Numbered from the stretch's first letter, positions 42,928 to 53,104 are shown. The stretch is DNA of 64,000 nt from an uncultured Polyangiaceae bacterium (GCA_964415255.1 CAYQAC010000009.1:214-64213), one strand, 5' to 3'. Made by a program: numbers and translations. Notes: generated by a model from the sequence alone, not told the origin.

Positions 42928-43812
42928 TCAGGGAGCGCGCTGGATGTCGAGCGAGATGTCCGCCGCGGGCGCGGAGTGGGTGAGCGCACCGACGCTGATG
43001 GCGTCCACCCCGGCGCGGGCCAGCTCCGGGATGCGCGCGAGGGTGACGCCGCCCGAGACCTCAATGAAGGCGCGGCCACGCGCGCGCCGCACGACCTTGC
43101 GGAGCGCCTCGGGCGCGAAGTTGTCCAACATGATGATGTCGGCGCCTGCCGCGAGAGCCTCTTCAACCCCCATCAGCGTCTCCACCTCCACCTCGATCTT
43201 GGTGGTGTGGGGCGCGTAGCGCCGGGCGCGCTCAATGGCCGTGGTGATGCCGCCCGCCGCCTCAATGTGGTTGTCCTTGATCAGCACCGCCGAGCTCAAG
43301 GTGTCGCGGTGGTTGTGCCCGCCGCCGACGCGCACCGCGTAGCGCTCCAGCGCGCGGAGCCCCGGCGTGGTCTTTCGGGTGTCGGTGACCCGGGTTTTTC
43401 CACGTGGAGGAAGCGCGTCCACGTAGCGCCGCGTGAGGCTCGCGACGCCGGTCATCCGCTGCACGAAGTTGAGCGCGGTGCGCTCCGCCATCAAGATCCC
43501 CCGCGCGTCCCCCGCCACCTCCCAGAGCGGCGCCCCAGGGCCCACCCGAGCGCCCTCCGTGGCGTGCACCACGAAGCGCGTGGGCTGAGTCAAACGGCGA
43601 AAGCAGCGCTCGAACACCGGCCCACCGCAGACCACCAGCTCGCTCTTGGCGACCGCGGTGGCCACCGCTTGGGTGCCGGGGCTGACGGTCGCCTCGGTGG
43701 TCAGATCACCTCCTGAGAGGTCCTCGCGCAGCGCCCGGTCGATGAGCTCGTCGAGCACAGGCCAGGCCGGGAGCGAGGCCATGATCTCCTTAGGGTCAGT
43801 CGTGCGAGCCAT
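42928..43812 (-). CDS. nadC: nicotinate-nucleotide pyrophosphorylase (carboxylating)
   Basis: GGDLTTEA, DTRKTTPGLRALERYAVRVGGGHNHR, LIKDNHI, IMLDNF, EVSGG. Confidence 0.93.
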   Translation of the reverse strand: MARTTDPKEIMASLPAWPVLDELIDRALREDLSGGDLTTEATVSPGTQAVATAVAKSELVVCGGPVFERCFRRLTQPTRFVVHATEGARVGPGAPLWEVAGDARGILMAERTALNFVQRMTGVASLTRRYVDALPPRGKTRVTDTRKTTPGLRALERYAVRVGGGHNHRDTLSSAVLIKDNHIEAAGGITTAIERARRYAPHTTKIEVEVETLMGVEEALAAGADIIMLDNFAPEALRKVVRRARGRAFIEVSGGVTLARIPELARAGVDAISVGALTHSAPAADISLDIQRAP

Positions 43813-43844
43813 CGATATTTCCTTGGAGGTATGCTCAATGATAA

Positions 43845-43859
43845 GTCAGCTTAGCTGAC
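43845..43859 (-). terminator. hairpin GTCAGC-TTA-GCTGAC after the CPBP gene
   Basis: 6-bp stem, 3-nt loop. On the minus-strand RNA it is followed by UUAUCAUU. Confidence 0.3.
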
Positions 43860-43864
43860 ACTTC

Positions 43865-43880
43865 GGATTTTGGGGGTTCG
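43865..43880 (+). repeat. REP-C partial copy, forward
   Basis: GGATTTTGGGGGTTCG. Confidence 0.55.
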
Positions 43881-43882
43881 CG

Positions 43883-44740
43883 TCAGCCGAGCGCGAAGCC
43901 GCGCGCCAGGGTGGCGGTGAGGAGGTTACACGCTGCGTGGAACAACACCCCCGCCCCGATACCGCCGGTCTTCGCCCGCAGCCAGCCGAACACGAGCGCT
44001 GGGAAGAACACCGCGAGCCGATTCGGGTGCGGCTCCGTCAAGAGGTGCCCCACGGCGAACAGGCCGCTCGCCAGCACCAGGCCAAGCCCCACCCTCGCCC
44101 CGAGCACCTTGAAGCGCGGCGGGAAGCGCCGATCGAGCTCCGTCTGGAGGTAGCCCCGGAAGAAGGCCTCCTCAGGCAACGCGATCACCAGGAGCTGCCC
44201 CAGCACCAGATCGAGCAAGTCAGGTGGCATGACGAAGCGGAAGCCTGAAGCAGGCTGCCACCACCTAAGCCAAGCGAAGACGAACGGCGGGAACACCACG
44301 AGGCACAGCGCGAGCGCCCAGGCGGCGGCGCGCAGGGTGTCTTTGGCCAAGCGCGCGGCGCTGAGGGGCGCGCGCTCAAGCAGGCCACCCAGGCTCAGCC
44401 CATGCGCTTGGACCTCAGCGTCAGCGCGGCCCCGTACGGCGAGCCAGTAAGTCGCCAGCAGGAAGCTGAAGCCGACGCCGGTCGCGGCGTAGTCCGCTGG
44501 CAGCCCGTAGGAGAGCGCGGTGACGGCGGCGCTCACCGCGAGGGTGATGAGCACCGGACGGCGCCACGAAGGCTCGCTCAAGGGGGGGGCGGAGGCGGGC
44601 ACGGTCGACGCGCCGCACGCTAGAGCGGCGCTCCGTTCGCCGCCAGTCGGACCGGGGAAACCGCGCCGATGCGGCTGAGGGGCCTGGGAGATGACAGCTG
44701 CGGCGGACAATTCCATCAGGGGTGCTGCCAGTCGCGGCAC
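43883..44740 (-). CDS. CPBP-family intramembrane glutamic endopeptidase (CAAX protease-like)
   Basis: PEEAFFRGYLQ, FAVGHL, FHAACN motifs. Multiple TM segments. Start uncertain. Confidence 0.8.
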   Translation of the reverse strand: MPRLAAPLMELSAAAVISQAPQPHRRGFPGPTGGERSAALACGASTVPASAPPLSEPSWRRPVLITLAVSAAVTALSYGLPADYAATGVGFSFLLATYWLAVRGRADAEVQAHGLSLGGLLERAPLSAARLAKDTLRAAAWALALCLVVFPPFVFAWLRWWQPASGFRFVMPPDLLDLVLGQLLVIALPEEAFFRGYLQTELDRRFPPRFKVLGARVGLGLVLASGLFAVGHLLTEPHPNRLAVFFPALVFGWLRAKTGGIGAGVLFHAACNLLTATLARGFALG

Positions 44741-44832
44741 TCACGGCAACCTCTCCCCGCAGTGCTCAGCTTGAGATAAGGTCGCGCCGCGGCACGAGGC
44801 TCGTGTCTCGCACATGGAACGGTAGAGGAACC

Positions 44833-47475
44833 ATGCTCGAAGCCAGTCACCTTGAACCCCAAGCGCCGGTGCACGCGCCCCCACCCCCTGCCCGCGACCC
44901 GGCGTTCGCCGCCAAATGGCCGCCCGACGACGACGACGCGGTGATCGGCGGGCCGCCTGGCGGCTACGGCGGCGGCAGCGACGACGGGAACTTCAAGAAG
45001 GGTCGCTTCAAGCCGCTCGCCATCTTGGTTGGCCTCCTGGTCGCCGGTGGCCTCGCCGCTGCGGTGATGTTCGGTATGAGCCAGGACGCCGAGAAGCTCA
45101 CGGTGGATCAGGCTGAGGAGCACAAGCGCGCCATCTTCGTCTTGCCAGAGCCCGAGCAGCTGCCGCACTGGCGCAACTGGGCCACGGGGAATCGCAGCGA
45201 CTACCTGCGACAAGAGGCGATCAAGCAGCTTGCCTACCTGAAGGACCCAGAGGGCATCGACCTTGCCATCGCCGCGTTGGCAGATCCGGCGCCGCCGGTC
45301 CAGGCGCAGGCAGCGGCGGCCATCACTTGGTATGGGGCGCCCGCGGCGGACAAAGCCAAGCCGGCGCTGCTTGAGGCGCTGAAGAAGGCGGGGCTCGGCT
45401 CCAAGCCGCAGATCGCCTGGGCGCTGGTGGAGCTGGGTGAGGCCGCCGCCTTCGACGACATCATGAGCCTGTATCGGGGCGGGCACCTGTCTAACGTGCA
45501 TCGCCTGGACGGCGGCATGGCGTTCAACCCTGAGAAGCTGGTGAAGCTCGTCAGCTTGGATGACTTAGCCAAGCTCCACAAGGATGAGTCGGGCGCCGTG
45601 CGGCAGCTGGTGGCGACGGTGCTGAGCCGTAACGCCGACGCGAAGTACACGGATGTGCTGCTCGCGCTGCTCGCCGATCCAGACAAGGAGATCAGCCGCC
45701 AGGCGGCGCCTGGGCTCGGGAAAATAGGCGATGACCGCGCGCGCAAGCCGCTGGTCGACGCGATCCGCGGGGCGGACAAAGACAGCCGCAAGGAGTACCT
45801 GGCGGCGCTGCGCGACGGCATCGGCACGGCGGGCCTCGTGCTCGCGCTGAGCACGATCGAGGAGGGGGACACCCCAGAGTCTGCCTGGCACCAGACGAAG
45901 GTCATCTTCGACATGATCCGCAAGCTCGCGGATCCGCGCGGCGGGGACGCGCTGCTCGGCTACATCGCCACCAAGCCGCACTTCCATTGGCAGGCGGAGG
46001 CGGCGCTCGCGATGGCGGAGGTCGGGGACCCGCGCGGCGTGCCGACGCTCGCCTCGCGCCTGAGGATGACGCCGGAGCGGCTCTACTCGGACAAGAACGA
46101 CTACGAGATGATGCTCAAGCGCGACGACAAAGGGCGGATCGCCGCCGCGCGCATGATCGCTGATCTCGGTGTGCTCCATCCGGACAAGCACGCTGACCTT
46201 CGCACCCAGGCGGAGGACGCGCTGGTCTTCTGGATGCACGATCTGCCGAGCCCGCACGCCAACGCGCTGCGCGCCCTGGCGAACATGAAGTCCGAGAAGG
46301 ATCTGACCCAGCTCCGCGATTGGGCGTTCCCGAAGGAGGGGTTGCCGCTCGAGGGGCAGCAGCCACCGCTGCCCAAGGCCTGGGAGATCGCCCAGAGCGC
46401 CCTGCGCTACGTCGGGGTGTACAAGAAGGAGCAGGACTTCACCAACCTGACCAAGCAGCTCACGCGTCGCGAGCGCGACTTGGACGTGACGATGGACGGC
46501 CTGATGGGCGGCGGCGTGGCGATGCTGGGGATGTCGCTCCGCGCGATCGGCTACGGCGCCGCGGATGGCCTCTCGGAGTGGGGCGACAACCGCGCCTTCA
46601 AGCCGCTGCTCGAGTACATCGAAGATCCGAAGAACAACGAGCAGAGCCGCACCCGCGCCTGCGCTGCCCTGGCTTGGGTGGCGAAGGACACCGACATGGT
46701 GGAGGTCGCGAAGAAGATCGGCGAGTACTCCAAGACCGACGCCCCAGATCAGTATCGCCGCGGTTGCCTGCTGGAGACGCTGGTGCAGCGCCCGGTGCAG
46801 GGCACCAGCGCCGCGCTGTTGGAGTTCATCACGCCTGAGGCCTCGATGAAGGCGCGCACGCAGGCGGCGCGCGCGATCGGCATGGCGGGCTTCGACCAAG
46901 CGGTGGAGGACAAGCTATTTAAGCTGATGGAGACCGAGTCGGTGCGCGTGGACGCGGCGCTGGCGCTGATCCTCGGGGGCTCGGAGTCCACCGCGAAGCG
47001 CGCGGTGGCGCTGTTCGCCGACAAGGACAAGAGCGAGGTCGAGTCGCTCTCCCTGCTCTGGTACGACACCTTCGGTTACTGGAGCCACGAGGATTTGTCC
47101 TCAGGGCGCATCTTCCGTTGGGTGGATAACGCGAACGCCATCGCCGAGGTGCCGATCCGGCAGACGCCACAAGAGTGGGCCAAGGTGATGCTCACGCGGC
47201 AGCTAGAGAACCTCAGCATCGACAACGGGCCGCACTCGTTCACCCGCGTGGTGATGCGCGCACGGCTGCTGCAGATGACGAAGGGCGACGACGCGGCCAA
47301 GCGTGAGGGGGCCATCCGCACCCTGCGCTTCATGGGTGAGCAGGGCGTGCTGCTCGCGCTGCGCGACGAGCAGGGCCCCACGGGTGAGCTGGCGCGCGCG
47401 GCGTACCACGAGCTGATGCACCCGAAGGTGGTCACGGGCGTCGCGGTGCCGGAAGAGAAGCCGCGCACGGACTGA
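44833..47475 (+). CDS. HEAT-repeat membrane-anchored protein
   Basis: ATG at 44833 (MLEASH). TM LAILVGLLVAGGLAAAVMFGM, then many HEAT/PBS-lyase-like repeats (ALGKIGD.RA..PL..AL). Confidence 0.75.
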   Translation: MLEASHLEPQAPVHAPPPPARDPAFAAKWPPDDDDAVIGGPPGGYGGGSDDGNFKKGRFKPLAILVGLLVAGGLAAAVMFGMSQDAEKLTVDQAEEHKRAIFVLPEPEQLPHWRNWATGNRSDYLRQEAIKQLAYLKDPEGIDLAIAALADPAPPVQAQAAAAITWYGAPAADKAKPALLEALKKAGLGSKPQIAWALVELGEAAAFDDIMSLYRGGHLSNVHRLDGGMAFNPEKLVKLVSLDDLAKLHKDESGAVRQLVATVLSRNADAKYTDVLLALLADPDKEISRQAAPGLGKIGDDRARKPLVDAIRGADKDSRKEYLAALRDGIGTAGLVLALSTIEEGDTPESAWHQTKVIFDMIRKLADPRGGDALLGYIATKPHFHWQAEAALAMAEVGDPRGVPTLASRLRMTPERLYSDKNDYEMMLKRDDKGRIAAARMIADLGVLHPDKHADLRTQAEDALVFWMHDLPSPHANALRALANMKSEKDLTQLRDWAFPKEGLPLEGQQPPLPKAWEIAQSALRYVGVYKKEQDFTNLTKQLTRRERDLDVTMDGLMGGGVAMLGMSLRAIGYGAADGLSEWGDNRAFKPLLEYIEDPKNNEQSRTRACAALAWVAKDTDMVEVAKKIGEYSKTDAPDQYRRGCLLETLVQRPVQGTSAALLEFITPEASMKARTQAARAIGMAGFDQAVEDKLFKLMETESVRVDAALALILGGSESTAKRAVALFADKDKSEVESLSLLWYDTFGYWSHEDLSSGRIFRWVDNANAIAEVPIRQTPQEWAKVMLTRQLENLSIDNGPHSFTRVVMRARLLQMTKGDDAAKREGAIRTLRFMGEQGVLLALRDEQGPTGELARAAYHELMHPKVVTGVAVPEEKPRTD

Positions 47476-47490
47476 GCGGCTGAGCGGCGG

Positions 47491-48213
47491 ATGACAGTTA
47501 GGGCGCTAGCCTGTCTATCGCGCGAGGCGCGGGCTGGCGCTCGGCTCAGTGCCTTGAGCGGCGCACAGCTCAGCGGTGGGCTGCGCGGTGGGCAGCGTGG
47601 GCTGGGCGGCGCACTGAGTGGGCTGCGTGGCGCGCTGAGCCGGGCGGCGCTCGCGGCGCTGTGCCTCCTGCCGCTCGGCTGTGAGCGCAGCGAGCCACGG
47701 CCACCACCGGCGGAGCTTGAGCTTCAACAGATCAGCTTACCACCTGGCGTGGTGCTCGAGCGGGCGTGCACTCCGGGCGGCCCGGAGCTCTGCTTCAACG
47801 CGCTCGACGACAACTGCAACGGGCTGATTGATGAAGGCTGCGGCTTGGCAGCGGGCCTGGTGCAGTTCGTGATCGCGTGGGCAGAGCCGACGGTGGACGT
47901 CGACCTCGAGGTGACGGAGCCGAGCGGGGAGCTGGTGGCCATTGGCAAGGCGAGCGCGAGCGGCTTCGAGAAGGAGCGGGACTGCCCCGGGCAGACGCGC
48001 TCGTGCGGCGGCCAGAACGTGGAGAACGTGTACCTGACGAGCGGCGCGGCGCCGCGCGGTCGCTACCTCATCACGGTGCGGCTGGAGAGCCTGGGTGAGC
48101 GCGAGCCGCCGATTGAGGTCACGCTCAGCGCGCGCGTGGGGCCCAAGACGTACGCCACCCGGCTCAAGCTGAGCGCGGAGGGTGAGGCGCGCGAGCTGGT
48201 GTTCGAGCTGTAG
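47491..48213 (+). CDS. lipoprotein with Cys-rich DDNCNGxIDEGC motif and YfaP/DUF2135-like beta domain
   Basis: Lipobox LLPLGC. CFNALDDNCNGLIDEGCG. VQFVIAWAEPTVDVDLEVTEPSGELV...GRYLITVRL. Confidence 0.6.
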   Translation: MTVRALACLSREARAGARLSALSGAQLSGGLRGGQRGLGGALSGLRGALSRAALAALCLLPLGCERSEPRPPPAELELQQISLPPGVVLERACTPGGPELCFNALDDNCNGLIDEGCGLAAGLVQFVIAWAEPTVDVDLEVTEPSGELVAIGKASASGFEKERDCPGQTRSCGGQNVENVYLTSGAAPRGRYLITVRLESLGEREPPIEVTLSARVGPKTYATRLKLSAEGEARELVFEL

Positions 48214-48234
48214 TCTGAGGTACAGAATCGAGCC

Positions 48235-49647
48235 ATGAGTGCCCTCACCCGCGCCATGGCAGCGCTCCAGCAAGGCAACCCGCTCGCTGGGGAGCGCATC
48301 ATCACCACCGCCGTGGACATGGCGCTGCGCAGCTACGGAGCGAGCAGCGCTCAGGCCGCCGAGGCGCATTTTGAGGCCTCGCAGTTCTTCCACGCGGCAG
48401 GGCAGGCGGAGCGCGTCATCGAGGCGCTGCGCGCCGCCAGTGAGTTCGCTCCGGAGGACGCCGCGGGCTTCGGCGCGCGCGCGAACTACCTGTTTCACCT
48501 GGGCGCCGCGCTAGATCGCGAGCGGCGGCTCGACGAAGCGGAGGCCGTGCTGCGCGCGCTGGCGCTCGAGCTAAGTCAGGTGTTCGGACCATTGCACGTC
48601 AGCACCGCCACCGCGCAGACGGCGCTCAGCGGCGTGCTGTTCGAACAGGGGGAGATCGACGAGGCGCTTGAGGTGGTCAATGAAGCGGTCGCCACGCTGC
48701 AGGTCCAGAAAGATCCTGGTTTGGCGTCGGCGCTCGCGCTGCGCGCCTTCGTGATCAAGGCGGTGAGCCCGGTGGAGCCCACGCTGCCTGAGGGGTTCGA
48801 GCTGAGTGAGGGGCTCATGACGACGCTGATTGACGCCGCCCTTGAGCGGGTGCCGCAGGCGGCGCCGCCGCTCGCGCTCCTCACGCTGATGGACTTGGCC
48901 GCCTACGCCGCCGAGGTGCTGGGTGAAGATCACCCAGCGCGGCGCGCGCTGCTCGCGCGGTGTGTCCACGCCGCGGCCGAGGCGGGCGACGCCGAGGCGC
49001 AAGAGTCCACGCTCCGCACCCTGGACGCGCTCGCCGCGAAGGCAGATCAGCCGCTGGCGCAGTCGGACGTGGCGCTGGCGCTCGCGGAGCTGCTCACGCT
49101 GCAGGGTGACGACGCGCGCGGGGAGGCAGAGTATCAGCGAGCGGGGCGCCTCGCGGAGAAGGAGCCAAGCGCGCTGGCGGTGGCGCTGGCGCGCCACGGG
49201 CAGCACCTGGCGGCGCGGGGCGGTGAGCCCCAGCGCGCTTCGGAGCTGATGGAGCGCGCCACGGAGGCGGCGCGCGACTCGAAGGATCGTGAGCTGATCG
49301 GCAGTTGCCTCACGGCTCACGGGGTGGTGCTGCAGCACCAAGGCGCGCATGGCGAGGCGGAGCTCAAGCTCACCGCCGCGCTCGATTTGCTCCCATTAGG
49401 TCACCCAGAGGCGGACGTCGCGAGCGCGCACTTGGACGCGCTGGAGGCCGGCACCGCCTGCACCTGCTTCGGCGATCCGGCGCTCATTGAGCGCGCGACG
49501 GAGGCCTTGCAGCGTGAGCTGCCAGCGGGCCTGGTGGAGCGCGTGGCGGTGGGGGAGGGCGGGCTCCGGCTGCAGCTGAGCCGCGCGCCGAGCCCCGAGG
49601 AAGAGGCGCAGATCTCGTCGGTGCTCTCGGCGGTGATGGCGGATTAG
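48235..49647 (+). CDS. TPR-repeat protein
   Basis: All-helical, repeated A..L..A/L.G....EAE..Y..A patterns. No catalytic motif. Confidence 0.6.
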   Translation: MSALTRAMAALQQGNPLAGERIITTAVDMALRSYGASSAQAAEAHFEASQFFHAAGQAERVIEALRAASEFAPEDAAGFGARANYLFHLGAALDRERRLDEAEAVLRALALELSQVFGPLHVSTATAQTALSGVLFEQGEIDEALEVVNEAVATLQVQKDPGLASALALRAFVIKAVSPVEPTLPEGFELSEGLMTTLIDAALERVPQAAPPLALLTLMDLAAYAAEVLGEDHPARRALLARCVHAAAEAGDAEAQESTLRTLDALAAKADQPLAQSDVALALAELLTLQGDDARGEAEYQRAGRLAEKEPSALAVALARHGQHLAARGGEPQRASELMERATEAARDSKDRELIGSCLTAHGVVLQHQGAHGEAELKLTAALDLLPLGHPEADVASAHLDALEAGTACTCFGDPALIERATEALQRELPAGLVERVAVGEGGLRLQLSRAPSPEEEAQISSVLSAVMAD

Positions 49648-49715
49648 TAGTGCGCTAAGCTGACTAAGTGAGCCGCTCGTAGAGTATTTGCGCTGGAAAT
49701 AGCGCGTGCGGCGCG

Positions 49716-49740
49716 CTTTGGGTGGGTTGGCGGCGCGCGC
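49716..49740 (+). repeat. REP-C degenerate copy, forward
   Basis: CTTTGGGTGGGTTGGCGGCGCGCGC. Confidence 0.5.
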
Positions 49741-49742
49741 TT

Positions 49743-49762
49743 CCGGGGTTTGGCGGTGCGCC
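49743..49762 (+). repeat. REP-C partial copy, forward
   Basis: CCGGGGTTTGGCGGTGCGCC. Confidence 0.55.
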
Positions 49763-49807
49763 CCAAGGGCTCACGGAGGAGCCCTCCCGGCGCCTTGGGG
49801 TGTGGAT

Positions 49808-49825
49808 CGTCCAACCCCCAAAACC
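49808..49825 (-). repeat. REP-C copy, reverse
   Basis: CGTCCAACCCCCAAAACC. Inverted relative to the 49743 copy. Confidence 0.7.
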
Positions 49826-49939
49826 TGAAGCGCCGCATCGTCGCCTTTGCCGTGCTCAAAACAGGCGGTGCGCGGCGGCGACAACACGGGCGAAGGGAAC
49901 GAGCGCTGAGCGCCCCAGGATGGAGTAAGGTGACCGGTC

Positions 49940-50449
49940 GTGAAGCGCCAAGTCCTCGCCAAGGTGACGCGTCCGCAGGATGAGCCTCGCGGTCCGGATG
50001 TCATCTACCGCCTGACGACGCCGGCGAGCTGGCTCGCGGAGGGCGCTTGCGTCGAGTTTGAGCTGCCGCGAAACCTCAGCTGCGCGGTGTGTGATGGCGG
50101 CGGTTGTGAGGCCTGCGGCTTGGCCGGCGCGGTGAGCACCCGGGGCCGCGCTGAGCCGCCCGAGCTGGTGCAGCTGACCCTGCCGCAGCGTGAGCTGGGC
50201 CCCAAGGCCACCTGTGTCGTGCGCTTGGCGGGCCACGGCGGCCTCCCACCGCCTGACGCCACCCTGCCGCGAGGGCACTTGCTGCTCCACGTGAGCGAGG
50301 GGGAGGCGGCGCCCAGCTTGGTTCGTCTTGAGGCACCCTGTGAGCCGGACGAGGTCACGGTGGCGGCTCCAGGCTCGCTGCGACCGGTGGTCGCAGTCCT
50401 GGTGGTGCTGGCGCTGGCGCTGGTTGGCTGGTGGCTCCTGGGGCGTTGA
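49940..50449 (+). CDS. membrane-anchored protein with DnaJ-type CxxCxGxG-like zinc-finger motif
   Basis: GTG start. CAVCDGGGCEACG. C-terminal TM VVAVLVVLALALVGWWLLG. Confidence 0.5.
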   Translation: MKRQVLAKVTRPQDEPRGPDVIYRLTTPASWLAEGACVEFELPRNLSCAVCDGGGCEACGLAGAVSTRGRAEPPELVQLTLPQRELGPKATCVVRLAGHGGLPPPDATLPRGHLLLHVSEGEAAPSLVRLEAPCEPDEVTVAAPGSLRPVVAVLVVLALALVGWWLLGR

Positions 50450-50652
50450 GGCGCGGTGGGTCGGCCGGATGATTGACGCGGAGCGGCAAGCCGCTCTAAA
50501 CACCCGGTGGTTGTCTCGGTGGTCCCCTGGGCCGCTTGTAGCTGAGGCGCGAGGGCTGGCTCGCGTGGCGACAGGCAGAGGCAGTCAGGTGGCGGTTCGC
50601 CGCCATAGCGTCCGCGGGACACGCGGCAGGTAGAGAGCGCAAGAGAGGTCCA

Positions 50653-52977
50653 ATGAACCCGATCGTCATGGCCGCAATCATCCTCAGCCTGCTCGCGCTG
50701 TTCGCGTGGAGCGCGCACCGCCGCTGGGGGCTTTTGAAGGTGGGTGGGCCCACGCACGAGAGCCGCGTGGCGCGGATCGCCGAGCGCCTGAAGGTGCTGT
50801 GGATCTACGCGTTCTGGCAAAAGAAGATGCGGTACTATTTCACCGCAGGCCTGGCGCACAACCTGATCTTCTTTGGGTTCTTGGTGGTGCAGGCGCGCAC
50901 CCTCATCCTCTGGGGGCGCGGCTTCGATCCGTCATTTAACCTGTTCATTTTTGGCCCGGAGGGGTTCCTCGGGCTGCCGCTCGGGAAGTACTACAACCTC
51001 GCGAAGGACATCGTCGCCCTGATGGTCATCGGGGGTGCGCTGGTCTTCGTCTACTACCGCACGCTCAACAAGCAGGTGCGCATGGCGCTCAGCTGGGAGG
51101 GCCTGCTCATCCTCGGCATCATCATCACGATGATGGGCTCCGACGTCGTCTATGACGGGGCCGCTCAGGTGCTGCACGTCCGCGCGGCGGAGCTGTGCGG
51201 CAGCCCCACCGCCGAGCTGGTCGCCACCTGCGCGCGCATCGAGACCATCATCGCGCCGCTCTCGGAGGTTGCCCCTGCGGAGGTCGCGTTCCACTTCTGG
51301 GAGCCGGCCGGCTCCGCGACGGCGCTCGCGCTTCAAGGGCTGTCGCCGGAGGCGCTGGTGTTCACCGCCCACGCTGGGTTTTGGACCCACGCGACCCTGG
51401 TGCTCATCTTCCTCAACATCCTCCCGTACTCGAAGCACTTCCACATCCTGACGGTGCTTCAGAACGTGCTCCTGTCGGATCTCACCCCGCGCGGTCGCCT
51501 GCGTCCGCTGGCCAAGAGCTCAGAGGAGCTGATGGCGATGGTGGAGAAGGCGATGGAGAGTGAGGACATGCACGCCGCGCCGCTCGGCTACGCGCGCATC
51601 CAGCACCTCCCCTGGAAGGACGTGCTCGACCTTTACACGTGCACGGAGTGCGGTCGCTGCTCAGATAACTGCCCCGCCGCTACCACGGGGAAAATCTTGA
51701 GCCCCAAGCACTTCACCTTGGATCTTCGAGATCACCTCTACCAGCGCCAAGACGAGGCGATGGAGGTGACCAAGATCAACCGGGTGCTGCTCGACGATCT
51801 GCGCCCCAAGCCGGCGAACGACGCCGAAGAGGGCGCCGAAGCGGAGGCCTCCGCTGACGCAGCAGAAGGCAGTGAAGCTGACGGTGCCGCCAGCGGCGAG
51901 GGGCCGAGCGAGGGTGTGTGGCGCGATCTGAACCTGGTGCCCGGCGTGGTCCATGAGGACGTGCTGTGGGCCTGCACCACCTGCCGCGCCTGCGAAGAGC
52001 AGTGCCCGGTGATGATCACCTACGTCGACAAAATCGTGCAGATGCGCCGTAACCTGGTGACCATCCAGGGCGAGTTCCCGGCGGAGCTGCAGGGCCCGTT
52101 CGACGGCATGGAGACCAACGGCAACCCCTGGAACCTCTCGCGGATGGATCGCGCGAGCTGGGCAGAGGGCCTGGACATCCCGCTCGCCGCCGACAAGCCC
52201 GACGCGGAGGTGCTCTATTGGGTGGGCTGCGCGGCGAGCTACGACGACCGCGCCAAGAAGATCTCACGCGCCACCGCGCTGCTCTTGAAGCAGGCCGGGG
52301 TAGATGTGGCGGTGCTCGGTGAAGAGGAGACCTGCACCGGGGACTCAGCGCGCCGCGCGGGCAATGAGTACCTGTTCATGACGCTGGCGGAGGCGAACAT
52401 CGCCACCCTAAACGGCTATCAAGAGCAAGGCGGCGTCAAGCAGATCATCACCACCTGCCCGCACTGCTTCAACGCGCTCGCCAATGAGTACCCAGACTTC
52501 GGCGGCAAGTATGAGGTAGTTCACCACACTGACTACCTCTTAGGCCTGCTCGCGGAGGGCAAGCTCAAGGCGGGTAAGGCGGTGAACGCCAAGGTCGTGT
52601 ATCACGACAGCTGTTACCTCGGCCGCTACAACGACATCTACGAGCCGCCACGCAAGATCCTGGAGGGGATCCCCGGCGTGCAGCTGGTGGAGCCGGAGCA
52701 CTGGACGCGCAACAAGGGCCTCTGCTGCGGCGCCGGCGGCGCTCAGATGTGGATGGAAGAGCAGAACAAAGATCGCGTGAACGTGAAGCGCACCAAGCAG
52801 CTGCTCGAGACGGGCGCGGACACCATCGCCACCGCCTGCCCCTTCTGCATGACGATGCTGACCGACGGCATCAAAGATCAGGAGAAGGAGGCCACCGTGC
52901 AGCAGCTGGACGTGGTGGAGCTGCTCGCCATCTCCTGCGGCGTTGAAGAGGCGGCGCCAGCAGAAGCGGCGGAGTGA
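50653..52977 (+). CDS. membrane-bound Fe-S oxidoreductase, DsrMK/HdrD-like fusion
   Basis: N-terminal 5-6 TM domain with conserved His (NarI/DsrM-like). Two 4Fe-4S motifs, CTECGRCSDNCP and CTTCRACEEQCP, separated by an acidic insert. Two CCG domains (WVGCAASYD, CPHCFN, YHDSCYLGR, CCGAGG, CPFCMTML). Confidence 0.8.
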   Translation: MNPIVMAAIILSLLALFAWSAHRRWGLLKVGGPTHESRVARIAERLKVLWIYAFWQKKMRYYFTAGLAHNLIFFGFLVVQARTLILWGRGFDPSFNLFIFGPEGFLGLPLGKYYNLAKDIVALMVIGGALVFVYYRTLNKQVRMALSWEGLLILGIIITMMGSDVVYDGAAQVLHVRAAELCGSPTAELVATCARIETIIAPLSEVAPAEVAFHFWEPAGSATALALQGLSPEALVFTAHAGFWTHATLVLIFLNILPYSKHFHILTVLQNVLLSDLTPRGRLRPLAKSSEELMAMVEKAMESEDMHAAPLGYARIQHLPWKDVLDLYTCTECGRCSDNCPAATTGKILSPKHFTLDLRDHLYQRQDEAMEVTKINRVLLDDLRPKPANDAEEGAEAEASADAAEGSEADGAASGEGPSEGVWRDLNLVPGVVHEDVLWACTTCRACEEQCPVMITYVDKIVQMRRNLVTIQGEFPAELQGPFDGMETNGNPWNLSRMDRASWAEGLDIPLAADKPDAEVLYWVGCAASYDDRAKKISRATALLLKQAGVDVAVLGEEETCTGDSARRAGNEYLFMTLAEANIATLNGYQEQGGVKQIITTCPHCFNALANEYPDFGGKYEVVHHTDYLLGLLAEGKLKAGKAVNAKVVYHDSCYLGRYNDIYEPPRKILEGIPGVQLVEPEHWTRNKGLCCGAGGAQMWMEEQNKDRVNVKRTKQLLETGADTIATACPFCMTMLTDGIKDQEKEATVQQLDVVELLAISCGVEEAAPAEAAE

Positions 52978-52990
52978 GTCACGGTAGCGT

Positions 52991-53020
52991 GGGTTTTGGG
53001 GGTTGGGCACCGCGCTGAGC
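52991..53020 (+). repeat. REP-C copy, forward
   Basis: GGGTTTTGGGGGTTGGGCACCGCGCTGAGC, 14 nt after the stop. Confidence 0.8.
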
Positions 53021-53104
53021 GGCGCCCAGCCAGGCTCCCCGCGCTAGCCCTCGCTTGGGCGCGCCCCACGGCATAGGTACGATACACTGACGAGTCAGCG
53101 CCGC

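Noticed and set aside
42031-43716. 561-aa plus-strand ORF
   Set aside because: It is antisense to the TerB-like and nadC genes (nadC motifs are unambiguous). Arg/Ala/Pro-rich shadow ORF.
45565-46899. 444-aa minus-strand ORF, with similar ones at 44716-45501, 27528-28562, 28704-30017, 58687-59715 and 60220-60876
   Set aside because: All are antisense to genes with recognisable domains (HEAT protein, S41 protease, MoxR, DUF58) and have shadow-ORF composition.
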